This document shows, piece by piece, positions 1 to 37,607 of a DNA stretch of 64,000 nucleotides; position 1 is the first letter of the stretch; every line of letters starts with the position of its first letter. Source of the stretch: Phoronis australis (lineage: Eukaryota; Animalia; Phoronida); the NCBI GenBank assembly GCA_002633005.1, contig NMRA01000068.1:489480-553479 (forward strand), read 5' to 3'. Under the pieces are notes generated by a model. That model did not search any database, had not been told where the DNA came from, and was given only the letters and a program-made list of their open reading frames with translations. Made by a program: the position numbers and the translations under genes.

Positions 1-1649
1 TGTTGGAAAATCAGCGTTCTTCAGTTATGTTGCTGGTAAAATTGCGATGCGCTCTTTGGGTGCCATTGCGTCTACTGTTGGCCAATTCATTCAAATGTCA
101 TAACAATCGTAAGTGGTTTCATTTCATAACAAGTTTTTATTATTTTATTAACAGAAAACCCAATTCAGAAAAAAACTCAAGAGATATCGCAAAATTTTCA
201 GAAATGGCGCGTATGTGCAGGTGTCACAAGTATGTACTGTTTTCAAAATGTCCACAGATTTTCCACTGTTACAAAAGGCAGAGAATTACTATTAGATTGT
301 CTTTTTATTTCTATAAACAGTTGTAACGGGCAATATGGATGTAGGTTCATTCCCAGATTCTGCATGCACCCCTGTAGGTTGTTAGCTCTAGGTTTCATGA
401 CCAGGTGACAAGCTGAGCATCAGGGCTGTGTGAAATTTCAGTGCCTCTAATGGAGCTCTACACACAGCTACTTAGCTACATGTTGACGATAGTCTTCATA
501 CAGATAGTTGGCTTTCTACCTCAGTATGTACATTTATGATGCAATTTTTGTAAATACATCTATATGCTTTGTGTACTATACAGTATTTTAAATGCATTCT
601 TAGTTTTCACTTTAAAGAATATTAATTTTGATTACTGTACTTTGTGATAAGGCAGGGAAAGAAATTTGTACTGCCGGGGGAAAGAATCCCGCAGCCATAC
701 ACCTTGCCTACTAAAATTTGACAGTGACTGAAATTCTACTTGAAACTTTGAACACGGCCTTTTCAAGAAGTATTCCTGTCTCTTGTGATGAACATTAATG
801 TTCACTCTCAGGAGTATCTATTTCCCTCGGCATTCCCCACTTAGCTGCTACCCTTGCAAAAGCACGGGTAACGGTTTAGTTCAGAGTTAATCTTGACGAT
901 TGAGTAAAAACTCTCCCGACCCCTTATGTGCCCTCCACCTTCCGGTATGCCAGTGGCTCTCACAACAAAGAGAAAAAATGAGGGCAAACCAGATTGGGCT
1001 TCTAGTCGCATCTACAGTATCCATGTAAACAAACAGCGACGCCATCTATCATATAGCCAAAGCACGCATACCAGTCATAATTTATAAACATAATTTTTTG
1101 TATTAGCAATAATCATTGTAATATTTTGTGTACTATCAAGACGAAGGCAAAATAGACTTGTTTCTACATAGATGTAGGTATCTATTAAGTGAACTGAACA
1201 GTATGTTGTACAAAGGGTGACTGAGGCTACACAGCTACTAGCATGCACTATAAATATAATGTTTGTGGCCAAGACTAATTAATGTGGTTGCCATGGTTAA
1301 TTACTCTGACAGTCAGTCTAAACAAATACGGGAAGTGGATAATGAGCTCATCATGTTACATCCTCCTCTTTTTAAAAACAAAATAATTATCTTCCTAGAT
1401 GGATTAGTTTGACAGTAGGTTTAACCACACGACCCAACCCGGATCTTGTAACATATGGACCACCAGAGCCACTGTTAGGTTCCTGCTTAGCAAGAGTTTC
1501 TGTCTCATTGTTAGGCAGATGACAGTATGTTATGACAGTAGTTCACTCCATTGGGTGTGGTTGCGATATACGAATGAGTGTCAACTTTCTCAGATTCTGT
1601 GACTTTAGCAGGTCTTGTCTTGTAAAATGCGGACAAAATCGCCGATGTT

Positions 1650-2480
1650 CAGTGGTTTGAGAGGTTTACATGCACAATCAAAATATTGTTTTTTTTATTT
1701 GGCGATTTTCCATTGAGTCACGGATTGATGGTTTCACGATCGATGGCTTGAGTTGATCAGGTGTCACGGGCAAAACAGAGCGTAAATGACGTGACATTAG
1801 CAACTCACTTGGCAACTTTCCGTCGATTATTGGTGCACTGCGATATCCCAGTAATGCAATGCCTTGGTCAGCAGACGTTTCGCAGTTTGAACTGCTCTTA
1901 GCAAGACCATTCGATTGTGGGTATCGAGGGCTTGACGTATCATGGCTAAAATCCCATTCTTTTGGGAAGTGTTGGAACTCCTCGGATACATACTGGGGGC
2001 CGTTGTCGGATATTAGTCTTTGTAGAATTTCGTGTGTTGCGAAGAATCTTTTCATTTTCTCTATGACAGCTCTAGACCTCAGTTGCGATAATTCAAAATA
2101 TTGCTATAATAATCCAACTCTAATCCTGATTGTTCCATCTGAACAAATCGGATGCCACGGTTTGCCAAGGATACTCAGGTATTGTGTGCTGGAAGAGGGG
2201 TTCCTAACATTGGCATTTTGGTGTTTCAAACATATTCCACATTTGGTAATCTTCCGGTAAATATCGTTACTCATGCTAGATCCAAAACATGATATTACGG
2301 GCTCGGTTGCTTAATGTTTTCTCAATGCCCTGCATATGGCCTGCATGTGCTCGCTTGAGCATTTCCTCACGTAGAGGAATAATTATCTTATGACCCTTGA
2401 GTAACAAATCATCAACAACTGAAATTTCATCCCTGTAATTCCAGTAATCCACCACATCACTTCATATTCATGGCTCTGGG
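1650..2480 (-). pseudogene. Gypsy integrase fragment, frameshifted
   Basis: H..H/C..C zinc-binding remnant and core LISDNGPQYVSEEF...TSSPRYPQSNGLA. Confidence 0.88.
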
Positions 2481-2523
2481 CTGTTTGAATTGCCTTTTCT
2501 AGTGTAAGAGAATCTCCAGTCTG

Positions 2524-2967
2524 TTAATCTTCTCGTATTTTCTCGTCTTTTACTCCAAAGACAATTCGGACCCGATTTTCATCTGGATTCCCATAAGAAC
2601 AAGTTTTTACTAGTAGGCTGAGGCGAGTCATGAACTGCTCAATTGGATAATCCTCCCCTTGTACAGCATTGTTGAACTTGTAACGTTCAAACACTGGGTT
2701 GTGACGCAGTTGGACATAATCTGCAAAGCATTTGTAATATGCTTCGAGATTGTCTTTCCAGGATTTTTCTAATGTCCAAGCATTAAATATGTCTCTCCCT
2801 TTGTCGTTGACGTATAATAAATAGGTACACTTTTCCTTCTCCGTTTTCTTTGCCAACGCTCCAGCGAAAATCAAATCAACATGTTGCTGAAAACGTCTCC
2901 AAGCTTCCACCAGGTTGCTCGAATCCCAGTCAATTGACGGCGGGGACAGTCCTCCTGAAAGCTCCAT
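2524..2967 (-). pseudogene. Gypsy gag N-terminal fragment
   Basis: MELSGGLSPPSIDWDSSNLVEAWRRFQQH...NPVFERYKFNNAVQGED...RIVFGVKDEKIRE; the ATG follows the PBS directly. Confidence 0.85.
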
Positions 2968-5900
2968 TTTCCTGACTCCATGTAATATTTTGTGTACTAT
3001 CAGGACGAAGGCAAGAGACTTGTTTCTGCATAGATATAGGTATCTATTAAGTGAACTGAACAGTATGTTGTACAAAGCGTGACTGAGGCTACACAGCTAC
3101 TAGCATGCACTATAAATATAATGTTTGTGGCCAAGACTAATTAATGTGGTTTCCATGGTTAATTACTCTGACAGTCAGTCTAAACAAATATAAGAAATGG
3201 ATAATCAGCTCATCATGTTACAATCATCAGTGTGGTTTTCAGAGAATGGTAATTGGTAATACTGTAGTTTTCTCTGAGATACACTTTTTACGTCGTGTTT
3301 TGCAAGCTAATTACAATTGTTCCAACAGCCCCCTATTGGTGGTTGAGGCAACTGCGATCAGGCAAATAGGGCCAAGTGCAGTCCGTGTAATGCTTTGTAA
3401 AGAAAAACTACGAGAGAGGCAAAATTTTTATTTTAGATCAGGAATGTTTGAACAAATTATTTCAAGGTCAGCTTTTGGAAAAGTGCAATATGGCTGCTAC
3501 AAAGTGCCAAAGTTGGATGAAAATGGCTTCAGTGAAGAACTTCAAAATAGCCATTTTTGCCACACAAAATCAAAGCATACAAATTTGTAAATGAATTTTG
3601 AAAGTTGTGCCATTAAATTATTCAATCATATTTCTTTCAAACATCATCACTCATTTGTTATCAGCTCATTATATATGCTAGTAAAATGCATTCTAACATG
3701 TCTGCTTCGGTGCCCAGTTTTGTTTTAAAATGAGGTGCAGGTTATAAAGAGATAATTATGGATGAAAATTCTTCAAAAGTGAGATTTTTGTACATCTCTC
3801 CAAACGAAACTCATATACAAAGTCTCAAAAAATCTGTGATTTTAAGTATAGATTGTACTTGTTGGTTTTTATACGGAGTCACTCTTAAGTGTAATTAGAT
3901 AGTGTACACAGATCTTCACATCTTGTGTATACTCAAGCCTTGGTGTCTTTTTCTTGTCCACAAGTCAGCATGATTCATTGAAAATGTAATCGATTAAGGA
4001 CTTGAACTATATAGTACCTGTACAGCCGTTGTGTGTTGTGAAGGATTAACAGTTCATCATTCTTTGAAAAATAAGATGTATTGTAATTGTAATGCTCGAG
4101 TTGGGGTGGGCAAACCAAAATACAACTCGGAGATATGTGTGATTAAATTATGGACTCCGGTAAACATTGTTTAATTGATTGGATGGTCAACATGGGGACC
4201 CCTGTTGGATGATGGTAAAAAGAGTTGGCTTGGATCATCAGACTTGGCGGTGTTCCACGTTAGGGTAATATGAATAACCGTGATATTGTCACAGCTTTGT
4301 TTTGGTTTGCAAATTCTTACCCTTAGATTTGGTGACCTCAGTTTTCATTTGGTGACATGGAATTTCCACTATATCACATTTAATGAATTGATCTTATGCT
4401 AAGCTTCGAGCACTGCACGTAGATTAATGTAAGGTCAATGTTCTTGGCTAAAAAAATTATTTCGAAGAAGACAAATATCAGTCCAAAACTCTGATATGTA
4501 TTAGAAATTTTTAATAGTGTACAACCTTTGCATGACTTTAATTCTATCTCTTCCAGTACCTGCAGCGGTTCATTGAGCACATGCCTAGTGAAGTGTTTGA
4601 CCAGTTCTTGGATCACATGTCTCGGTGTGCCTTGACATTCCGCGCAGCAGCACAGCGCGAACACAGACGCGTCTCACTCACCAACCTATTTGTGTCATGT
4701 GACCATAGTGGGGTAAGGATCATTGAGTAGTGAACCTTGCCTGATTTCATGCAGTTCTTTCATTATCTGGTTACTCTTCAGAGCGGGAGTTTTACTTTTC
4801 TTGTTCACTCATAATACATTCACTAAATATTATTCTGTTTCATGCATTCAAGGTAGGAACAAGTCCCAATGCCAATAAAATGTTTTTTGCAAACGATGAA
4901 ACATGACCTTAGCTACCATTGTTGCTGTTTTGTTATCCGATGTCGAAAGTAGTTCTGCTTGGTTTCAGTAACCCTTTGAAGCCTAGTAGCCTAGCATGTT
5001 GTCATACCATACAAAAGACTGAGCTGGGCAGTTGATAAAGGAGCAAGGTGTTATCAAACGTTCACAACTACTGCTCTATGTCTGGTAAAGTCATTGAACT
5101 GAGGAATGTTCTAAGTGAAGACTACAGTAGCCATATTTCCATGAACAGGAAGTTTTATTACTGTAGCACCACTAGATGTCACTTGCCAAAATTACCTTCT
5201 GCACTATGAGTCTGATGACAACTCTGTTACAACCAACCATTCTGAGAGCAAAGAAACTTTACACAAGATAATTCTGCATGCTAAATAATGCCTCTACTGC
5301 CTATTTAAAAACTTTCAATCACTAAAGATTAAATTACTGAGCAATTTCTACAAGTACTTCACACTTGGCAACCAAAAGGGTGCATTTTCAGTTGAATTTC
5401 TATGAATGATATCAAAAAAGATCAAACTTTTGACCTTTATTGTTTTAACTTTTATTCATTGTTTATGTATTTTAAGAGTCATTTTGTTACAGCTTGCTAT
5501 ATCCTAACCAGATACAGCTTAGTTTGAGTTTGTTTACTTATATTAGGTGGTACAATAAACAGAATCCCCCCATGAAGGGGGTAATTTCATTTCTTTGAAA
5601 ATTATATTTTTAAGACTTTAGGATGAATATTATACTTGCCTACACAGTATCAAATATCAGTCCCCAATCTACACAGATTAGTGCAGTTACCGAAAGAAGT
5701 AATTTTTTAGCTGAAGTTTTTGCATGTTTCACGTAAAAATTTCAAGGGGTATAAAAATTGAGGGTCATTGAGTGCATTATGGTGGTCGGTGTCATTTGAG
5801 GTGGATATGAATAAACTGGTAAAATTTCAGCCAATTCCGCAACGGGTCATGTAGAATTTTTTTAGTTCCAGAGGTTCTCTCAGAAATTGCTACTTATAAT

Positions 5901-6847
5901 ATGTTCTCCTGGATTCGAACCTGGGTTCTCGTGAAGTTCACCATTAGGCTACTGGTCAATGTTGTTGCTATAAATGTGTTGGTTTGTGAGTTTATGCCCA
6001 TCATAGGAGATGTGCAAGTGACTGGTTCGAATCGGTTCTGGGTTTTGTCTGCTATTGACTTTGACCTTTTGAGGGCATTCTAGTTTCTTTAGTGCATTGG
6101 AAAGGTTTTGTCATTGCTGCTCTGTTTTGCCATTTGTGGGGATATTTGCAATTTATCTGTTTCTGGGTTTATTTGGTATTTGTATGAGCTACTTTTCACT
6201 ATTGTATATGGATTGTGCGTCCAGTCTGATATACGTGCCAGATTTGTCATGGAATGCAGTTGATTACAGTAGACCTTGTTTGCGCGGGTGGGTACGCGAG
6301 ACATGTTGTTATTGTTTGGGTGTGACCCTGTTTGAATTAATAACAAACTCAACTTAAATTAGTGTTACTAGTATTGTGTTTTCTTTTGCCATTCCAGATT
6401 GGTCTTCTTGATCGACATCGTATCCTCAGCCTGTTTGAAACATTTTATGACCAAGCTAAGGCTGACCACAGATCCCAGCTCACGAACCCACGTGCTTGTA
6501 AGTACAATGCTCCTGAGTATACTTTTGAAAACAAAATTTTCCTTTATGTCCCAACTACTTAATATGTTGTGCATGCAATGGGTTTTTACCTAAGAAAATA
6601 CCTTATTTTCTTGGAAAATTGTCCTGATAACATTCAGATCTTAACATTTCAAATGTACTGGAATTAGCACGTGCATAACGCAAATGACCTGAATTAGGTG
6701 GAGCCAACTGGTCTCTATGTTAAAATTAGTGCCATAACAAATTTTTATCAGTGTTGCATGTTATGGATAAGGATAAGCATCAGTGAGTGATTTGTCACAT
6801 CCTTGATCTGTAATTCTTGAGAAAGTTATGAAAAATCTTTTACCCAG

Positions 6848-31382
<24,535 letters not shown>

Positions 31383-32367
31383 ATTTGCAAGACAAAACAA
31401 ATCATATCCAGGAAATAGGCAATAAACTTATAACATTTTCAAGAAACAGGCGATTTAGACATCGAAAAGTTTACCAGTAAAACATATTTTTCAGCTATTT
31501 TAAAATTAGATTAATTTCTTTAATGAAACCAAACAAAGTATACTTTTGGACATGAATTGTTTGAAACAAAATTGGTAGAAATTGTTATTATAGAAGCAAA
31601 TAAACATCAACATAAAGTTGTTTGTTTTAACCCACAGAAATGGTGTTGCCAATGGAAATTAGAAAAAATATTTGTAAATTGGCTCTGGAGTATAATAAAA
31701 ATATGTACTTTTTCCTACAAAGTTTAGTGAAAAAATGCATCAGCATTTTAATAAAATAGGCTGGCCTTTGTCTGGTGTTGTGAAACTTATTCTAAGACCA
31801 TGAAAGTTATTTGCAAATTATCAAAAAAATTAGGTGAAAATGTTAACTCCAAAGCTTTGATGGTTTTCTGATGTAGAAATGATTGTCAGTTTATTTATAA
31901 AAACTACATTAAATGTGCACTGAAGTGTTGACATCCAGCAGCAGCTGATGCCACACTGCTGTATATTTACCTGCAGGTTCATCAACTGTATGACATAACT
32001 AGGCACATTTGTATCTCTAGTGCTTGTTGTGTTTTGTCAGTATTGTTATGACAGTTGTTAGGTCCACTCCCACACAAGTGGTGAAAGCACATCTTATTTA
32101 CCTGTAATTGCAGCCCTATTTTACAAATTTAGAACTGGTCATCTTACTACTGAGATTTCCTGTGCCTTATCACCCCTAAAGGTAAAAGGTGAGTTACTTT
32201 TGTTGTGGTCACATTACCTAGACCAAGCATTGGTTCGAATGTTTGTGAACTTACCACTGCTTGGAAATTATAATTTGTAGTTTTGTAAAATTTACACTGT
32301 TTATACAAAGCAATTTTGGCACTGTTGCTACTTTCTTCATCTTTTGTGCGTTATATACTGGATATTG

Positions 32368-32373
32368 AATAAA
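32368..32373 (+). terminator. Candidate polyadenylation signal ending a ~1-kb 3' UTR
   Basis: AATAAA followed by a T-rich downstream tract. Other AATAAA hexamers lie at about 31421, 31694 and 31750, so usage is uncertain. Confidence 0.4.
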
Positions 32374-35300
32374 GATTTATTCACCAAAACCATTTCGTTT
32401 TAGCCTGCTCTTTCATATAAAGATTTGACTAAAGAATTAGCCTTCGAAGATGCTTGTAACAAGTAAATGGAGATATGGCACAGAGTTTACTGCTGCTACT
32501 TTGATTTCGATTCTTAAACTTAAAGCAGCTCTATGAACTGGTCTTCCATCACAAAAAAATAACTTTTATGTTACATTTGGTCATCGAGTAATAGCCAACT
32601 ATCAGGTCTTTGCCATAGGGAGACCAGAAATCACTGACGTTTCTGGCTTAAAGAAGGAGCATGACTTTGTGAAACTAATTTTATCCCAGTTAGTTGTTTA
32701 AATCAAAAATCCACTTTTTCACAACACGCGGTTTTAGCAGCTATAAAAAGAGTTTTTATTTTCTATATATTCTGCAAACATCTTACTCTCCATGGGCCAT
32801 TTCCAGGACAAAGCAACATAAAACTAGTATTAGTTATTTTATTTTTAGTTCAAAATTCCAACAGGAAACTTATCTTTGCACAAGTTGGCTTATTTTAAGT
32901 TAAAACTTGGTTATCCTTAATTTAAAAAAAAGCTTTTCCTCTGCGCCTCCGTGTGGGACTGATATAATTGATACTCATGAAAATGTCACTCGATGATTGT
33001 GACGCCAAATGGGTCATTGACCGAGTAATGTGATAAAAGATGAATAGGAGGCGTACATTCCCATTAGAATCCACTGTATGAATGATTAAATATTTGTGTA
33101 CGTAGCTGGGTAAAAACATCGAGGCTGCCAAATGAAAATAATGGACAGTAACCAGGGTCGCTATCGCGACGAACTATAAAAGTTTGAACGTGTTTTTGTG
33201 TGTAAAACTGAAAACATTTTGGAACTATCCTCGTTTATTTTTGGGTAAATCGTTTTCCACCAAAATCACACTGAAGGAATATGACATTCTCAGTTACTAT
33301 TATCACGACAACTTTGTAATTGTTGACAGCATTATCATTAATGTAGCAGAATATGACATATTACAATGTTCTAGGCAGAATAGTCATTCTGGAATCATTT
33401 TTAAATTAGCTTTTTTTTTGAAAAACCTAAATAGGCGAGGATATTGTGACGATCATGGATGGGACAAGAGCTTCCGTTATGTGGTTTAAATTAGATTAAT
33501 AGGTTCTGGAAGGTCGGACAGAAGATGTATTTAACAAACTGATGACTGTGTGTTAATGAGTAAGGTATTCTTTATTGTACATGAGCGCCTGTATCCATAT
33601 ATTGTTTTCCTCACAATATTTTGCACAATTTTTTGCTCATGAACGGATTGGTCAAAGCTTCATTTATAGTCCCAAACTATAGTTTCTAACTATTATACTT
33701 TAACAATTTAATTTTTGTGGGTCTTAATACATTTCACTTTAAAACTGTATAATATTCGTTCTCCATTACTTTGTCCCATAGAACTTTGGGGCCCCGGGTC
33801 TAATCGTTGTACTCGAAATTATTTGTGACATTTTCCGTTCTTTAAAGATACTCCTCTTTCTTTAATCTGGGCATTTGAGCTTACAAACTCCAAGTGTGGT
33901 ATCTATGACATTTGTTGCTTTTAACCTGTTTTTGAAAATATGCACTTTGTTGCCCCCGTGACCTATTTTCTTGCAACCATGGGTGTTCTCAAGCACTCCC
34001 ATTTCCTGTCGCCAAGGCAAGTTTTGCTGAAAATTCAAGCACCTCTTAAGACTTTTTAGATTACCAAAAAACGGGAGCTTTGGCATTCTGATTGCGTTTT
34101 TTGCTAGTGCCTAGTATTGGCATTTGAGTCATGGTTTTGGGTTGAAAACTGATAATTTAGTGTATTTTTGCTCTTTTTTGGCATGGCCGACTAGGTTTTG
34201 CCGTGGTCATATAACAAAAGATTTTTTTTAGACAAGCTTTATGTGGGTCAGTACATGCACGTGTTTCATATTTTGTAGTTTTGTTGTAAAAAAGAAGCTG
34301 TTCATTCTGCCTGTGGAGGAGAAAAAGGGAAAAACTGTGAGAGGTAGCTAAGTGAGTAGCAACATTGCATGAGTCAGCTGTCACCGGCTCACTACTGCGG
34401 CCATTTTAGTTGTGCTGCACCATTAAACATGAAACCAAAATAAAAAGTAAATTTAGATTTGAAGTATTTGGAGGTGACCATTGTATGGGCTTAGGTTTCG
34501 ACTGAAATAACTTGCCTTCAAATCCGGTTTATGAATTTTAAACTAAAGAGAAGCGGAAAAATACCTTTAATACAAACTCAAGATTAGTGACTGCAGTTCT
34601 GTGCTCGAGTATGTTATGGTTTACATGGATCACTGTGTAATAATCAGTGGCGGATCTACGTTTTCAGCAAGGGGGGGTTTAAGATTCCCGCCAAGGTCGA
34701 ATCCTAGGCACGTGGCGCCGAGCGGGGGGAGGTCGGCAGGGGGGTTTCCCCTCCCGTGTAAGATATTTTTTGTTTTTGTAGCCAAATTGTGAAATTTCCA
34801 TGCATCCTGGTAAGTTTCTGGCACTTAACATGTCTCTGGAGTTTTTCTTAAGATAATTAAAAACCTTTCTCGATTTCGTCAAATGTACTTGGCTCATAAG
34901 TTTCGTGAAACCATATTGTGCACATCTGGGTATGAGTCACGCCACCAGCAAAAATTTTTGTTGGAACATCTGCTTACACACACCTTTTTTAGCATACGAA
35001 AAGTCGTATACGAAAAAGTGTGGTGTGATACAGGGGTTTAGACAATTTCCAAATATTCAAGAGCATAATTAAGGAGCACCGACGGGGCGTAAAAACTTGA
35101 ATATCAAATGATCGCGTAACAGCAGCCTCAAGTTGTTTAAGAACGAAGACCTGTATTGTTAGTCCGGAAATAAACATGTGTTCTGTCTCGTTACGAGAAA
35201 AACTGGCGAACGATGGTACTCTCAACTCATAGTCTATTATTAAAAGCGACAATAAATAATTAGGTATCACTTTATTAAGCTGAATCACGTTGACAACAAT

Positions 35301-35881
35301 TGAAAAACGTCAAATTTATAGGAAACAAATCATCTGAAAACAGTTTCATGAAACCAAAATATCCTGTGCACAGTGGTGAAAAAATACTCTGGACTAGTTT
35401 GCAGAGGGACCAGATGTACAGTGAGAGTACACAAAAAGCTGACCTGGTCCCTCATGAGACCAAGAGTACACTTGTGCTTATTATCCCTATAAAAATAGTC
35501 GATCTGTCGCGGGACCAAACAGTACTGGCTGAGATAAATAGTTTTACAAAGCACACTTTGGTAAAAAAAATCACAAGACTAGTTCGCCAAAAAACCTCTG
35601 GGATCCCGGTCTATTAGTAAAACTTGGTTTAACTCCAGTTTAGACCTGGTCAGTTTTCATTTCACCAACGAGGTATACATTACTTGGACCTGTAATAAGA
35701 TCTTAAACCAGGTTTAACTTTAGACTTGGTCAGACCCAGGTTTAATACTATTAAATATGACAGACTTGTACGATATAAGTGCAACTAAATGATGCTGTGG
35801 TGTGCATTTACGACGCAGTTTTAGAGCGAGAACGGACTATTTTCAATATCCAGTTCTAGGACGACACAAGATCAAACGTAA

Positions 35882-36034
35882 CAGGGGGAACCAAGAATTT
35901 TTACAGGGGGGGGGTCGGATCAAGGATTTTGAAAAGGAGGGCCTGGGTCAACAATTTGAACATTATAGATTTGATATCACTAAAATCAAGGGAAAAAGGG
36001 GTCCGGACCCCTTGAACCCCTGGATCCGCCTATA
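35882..36034. mobile_element. Short MITE of the CAG..GGCGGATC TIR family
   Basis: Ends CAGGGGGAACCAAG.../...GGATCCGCCTAT; internal sequence shared with the copy at 47579-47723. Confidence 0.7.
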
Positions 36035-36668
36035 CGTAGACCAGTATGCACTGAAGGGTGTCCTTCGGATTCCTCAGAATATGACGGTTCAAGCAGAGTG
36101 TCATCGTCGCAAGCGCTACGCGTATGCATCTAATGATTATTCTGACCGAGTTCCATCTCAATTTGTCCCGGATTTAAGGTTGCCGGGCAGGAGACCTTTT
36201 AACCCCTGAAGGTCAATTTTACTCATTGCGATGGCTGATGATACTGCACTTCTCGATGTCATAGGCGTATGTCCTTGTTTTCCTGCCATTTAAGAAAGCT
36301 AGTCTGCGGCGGGCAAAATGTGTAAACTCAGAACTAAAAGTATTATTATTTTACTGCTATCATATTGTTTTGTACCACTAGTCTAGTCATAATAAATGAC
36401 CTATTTACGCCAACTTCTGGTCTACTTTTCATCCCTGAAAACGATCATGCGACGTATGATTTTTTTCTAGTCCAAGTGTCGAACATAAATAGTATTACAT
36501 TTTCGTAACTTGAGAAATTACATTATCCCTACTCTATACCCCTTTTCTCACATTTAGACTGGTTTCTAATTTCTTATATGCAGATTTATAGTTATTAAAG
36601 TTTCCTTATGAGCTTTGAGTCTTGTCAGCTCTCGGCTCTCATAGGCTTATGGCTGACACGTGTCTTAA

Positions 36669-37607
36669 ACAGTACACACCATGGATTTCGAATTACCGGT
36701 GGCCACAGACTAAATGTATGACGTAAAATTTGGCCAAATCCATGATTTTTTTGTGTCATTAGCGCGAAATTTTGATTTCTCTTTCAACTTTGCCAATTTT
36801 CACATTTCCCGCTATGTGACATCATGGGTTGAACACATAAGAGATCAGCGACTAGCATTGAACAACGGCGGAAAGTAGGGAATTTGAAAGCGACAACGAT
36901 TATGAGCAAAAAATGAACAAATACTATGAAGAAACGTACGAGAATGGTGGCCAGGATTACGAAATGGGGTTGCACGAAAGCGAGAACGAGTTTGATATGT
37001 TTTCAGCTGCGTACTTTTCTACTTTGAGGCCTTACGAACTGGATCCTCCCGCGAGAGAAGCGGCCTCGGGCTCGGCCAGTCAACCCAGTCATCCAACAGA
37101 CGATCCTGAATAAAGAGCCGATGTTTCTGAATAGTAAATATTGTCCTTTATTGAACCAGGCCTTCATCGTAACATCTCCTCTGATTGGAGTCGAAACACG
37201 ACTCCTCAAAGTGGGCAGAACACAGAGTGGCCCCGGACAGAATCGCTTGGTCCACGCTGAGGCGCACGAAGCGATGCCACTACTGCGCAACTTTGGCGTC
37301 CTTCGGAACACCGAGACGTTCTCCGTCTGACTGCTGTTGCTGCAGCCTCCGCAAACACATCTTTTCATTCCTCTATGAACCTTCTCGACGCTAAATATAC
37401 TTTACTTTCACTTCACTCTATACATTTAGTTGCTGATCCGAACGAGTGTGCCGAACGACTTGGGTTCAACCCATGACGTTGTACATAATTATTATTTTCT
37501 TCAATTTTTACGTGTTTCTTTATGAGCTGTGCACTAAAGGCACTGAAATCAAGTATGATATAATAATAAAATTTATTTTGAGGTACTAGAGTCATGTTGC
37601 GTATACT
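36669..37607. mobile_element. Internally deleted Kolobok-like DNA transposon with convergent ORF remnants
   Basis: TTAA at 36665-36668 and 37608-37611 with degenerate TIRs; THAP remnant on the - strand and an acidic ORF on the + strand. Confidence 0.6.
37115..37368 (-). pseudogene. THAP zinc-finger domain remnant (frameshift and stops)
   Basis: MKRCVCGGCSNSSQTENVSVF / PKDAKVAQ*WHRFVR...ATLCSAHFEESCFD: C2CH with the conserved P, W and F of THAP after one frameshift. Confidence 0.85.

Larger units (their letters stand above)
1117..3222 (-). mobile_element. Internally deleted Ty3/Gypsy (Mag-like) LTR retrotransposon
   Basis: TG...CA LTRs at 1117-1360 and 2981-3222; 5-bp TSD ATCAT (1112-1116, 3223-3227); PBS TGGAGTCAGGA (tRNA-Leu-like) next to the 5' LTR; PPT AAGAGGAGGA next to the 3' LTR; gag and integrase remnants inside. 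Confidence 0.93.

Noticed and set aside
5903-5957. Functional tRNA gene
   Set aside because: No anticodon arm and no acceptor stem; kept only as a tRNA-derived promoter remnant.
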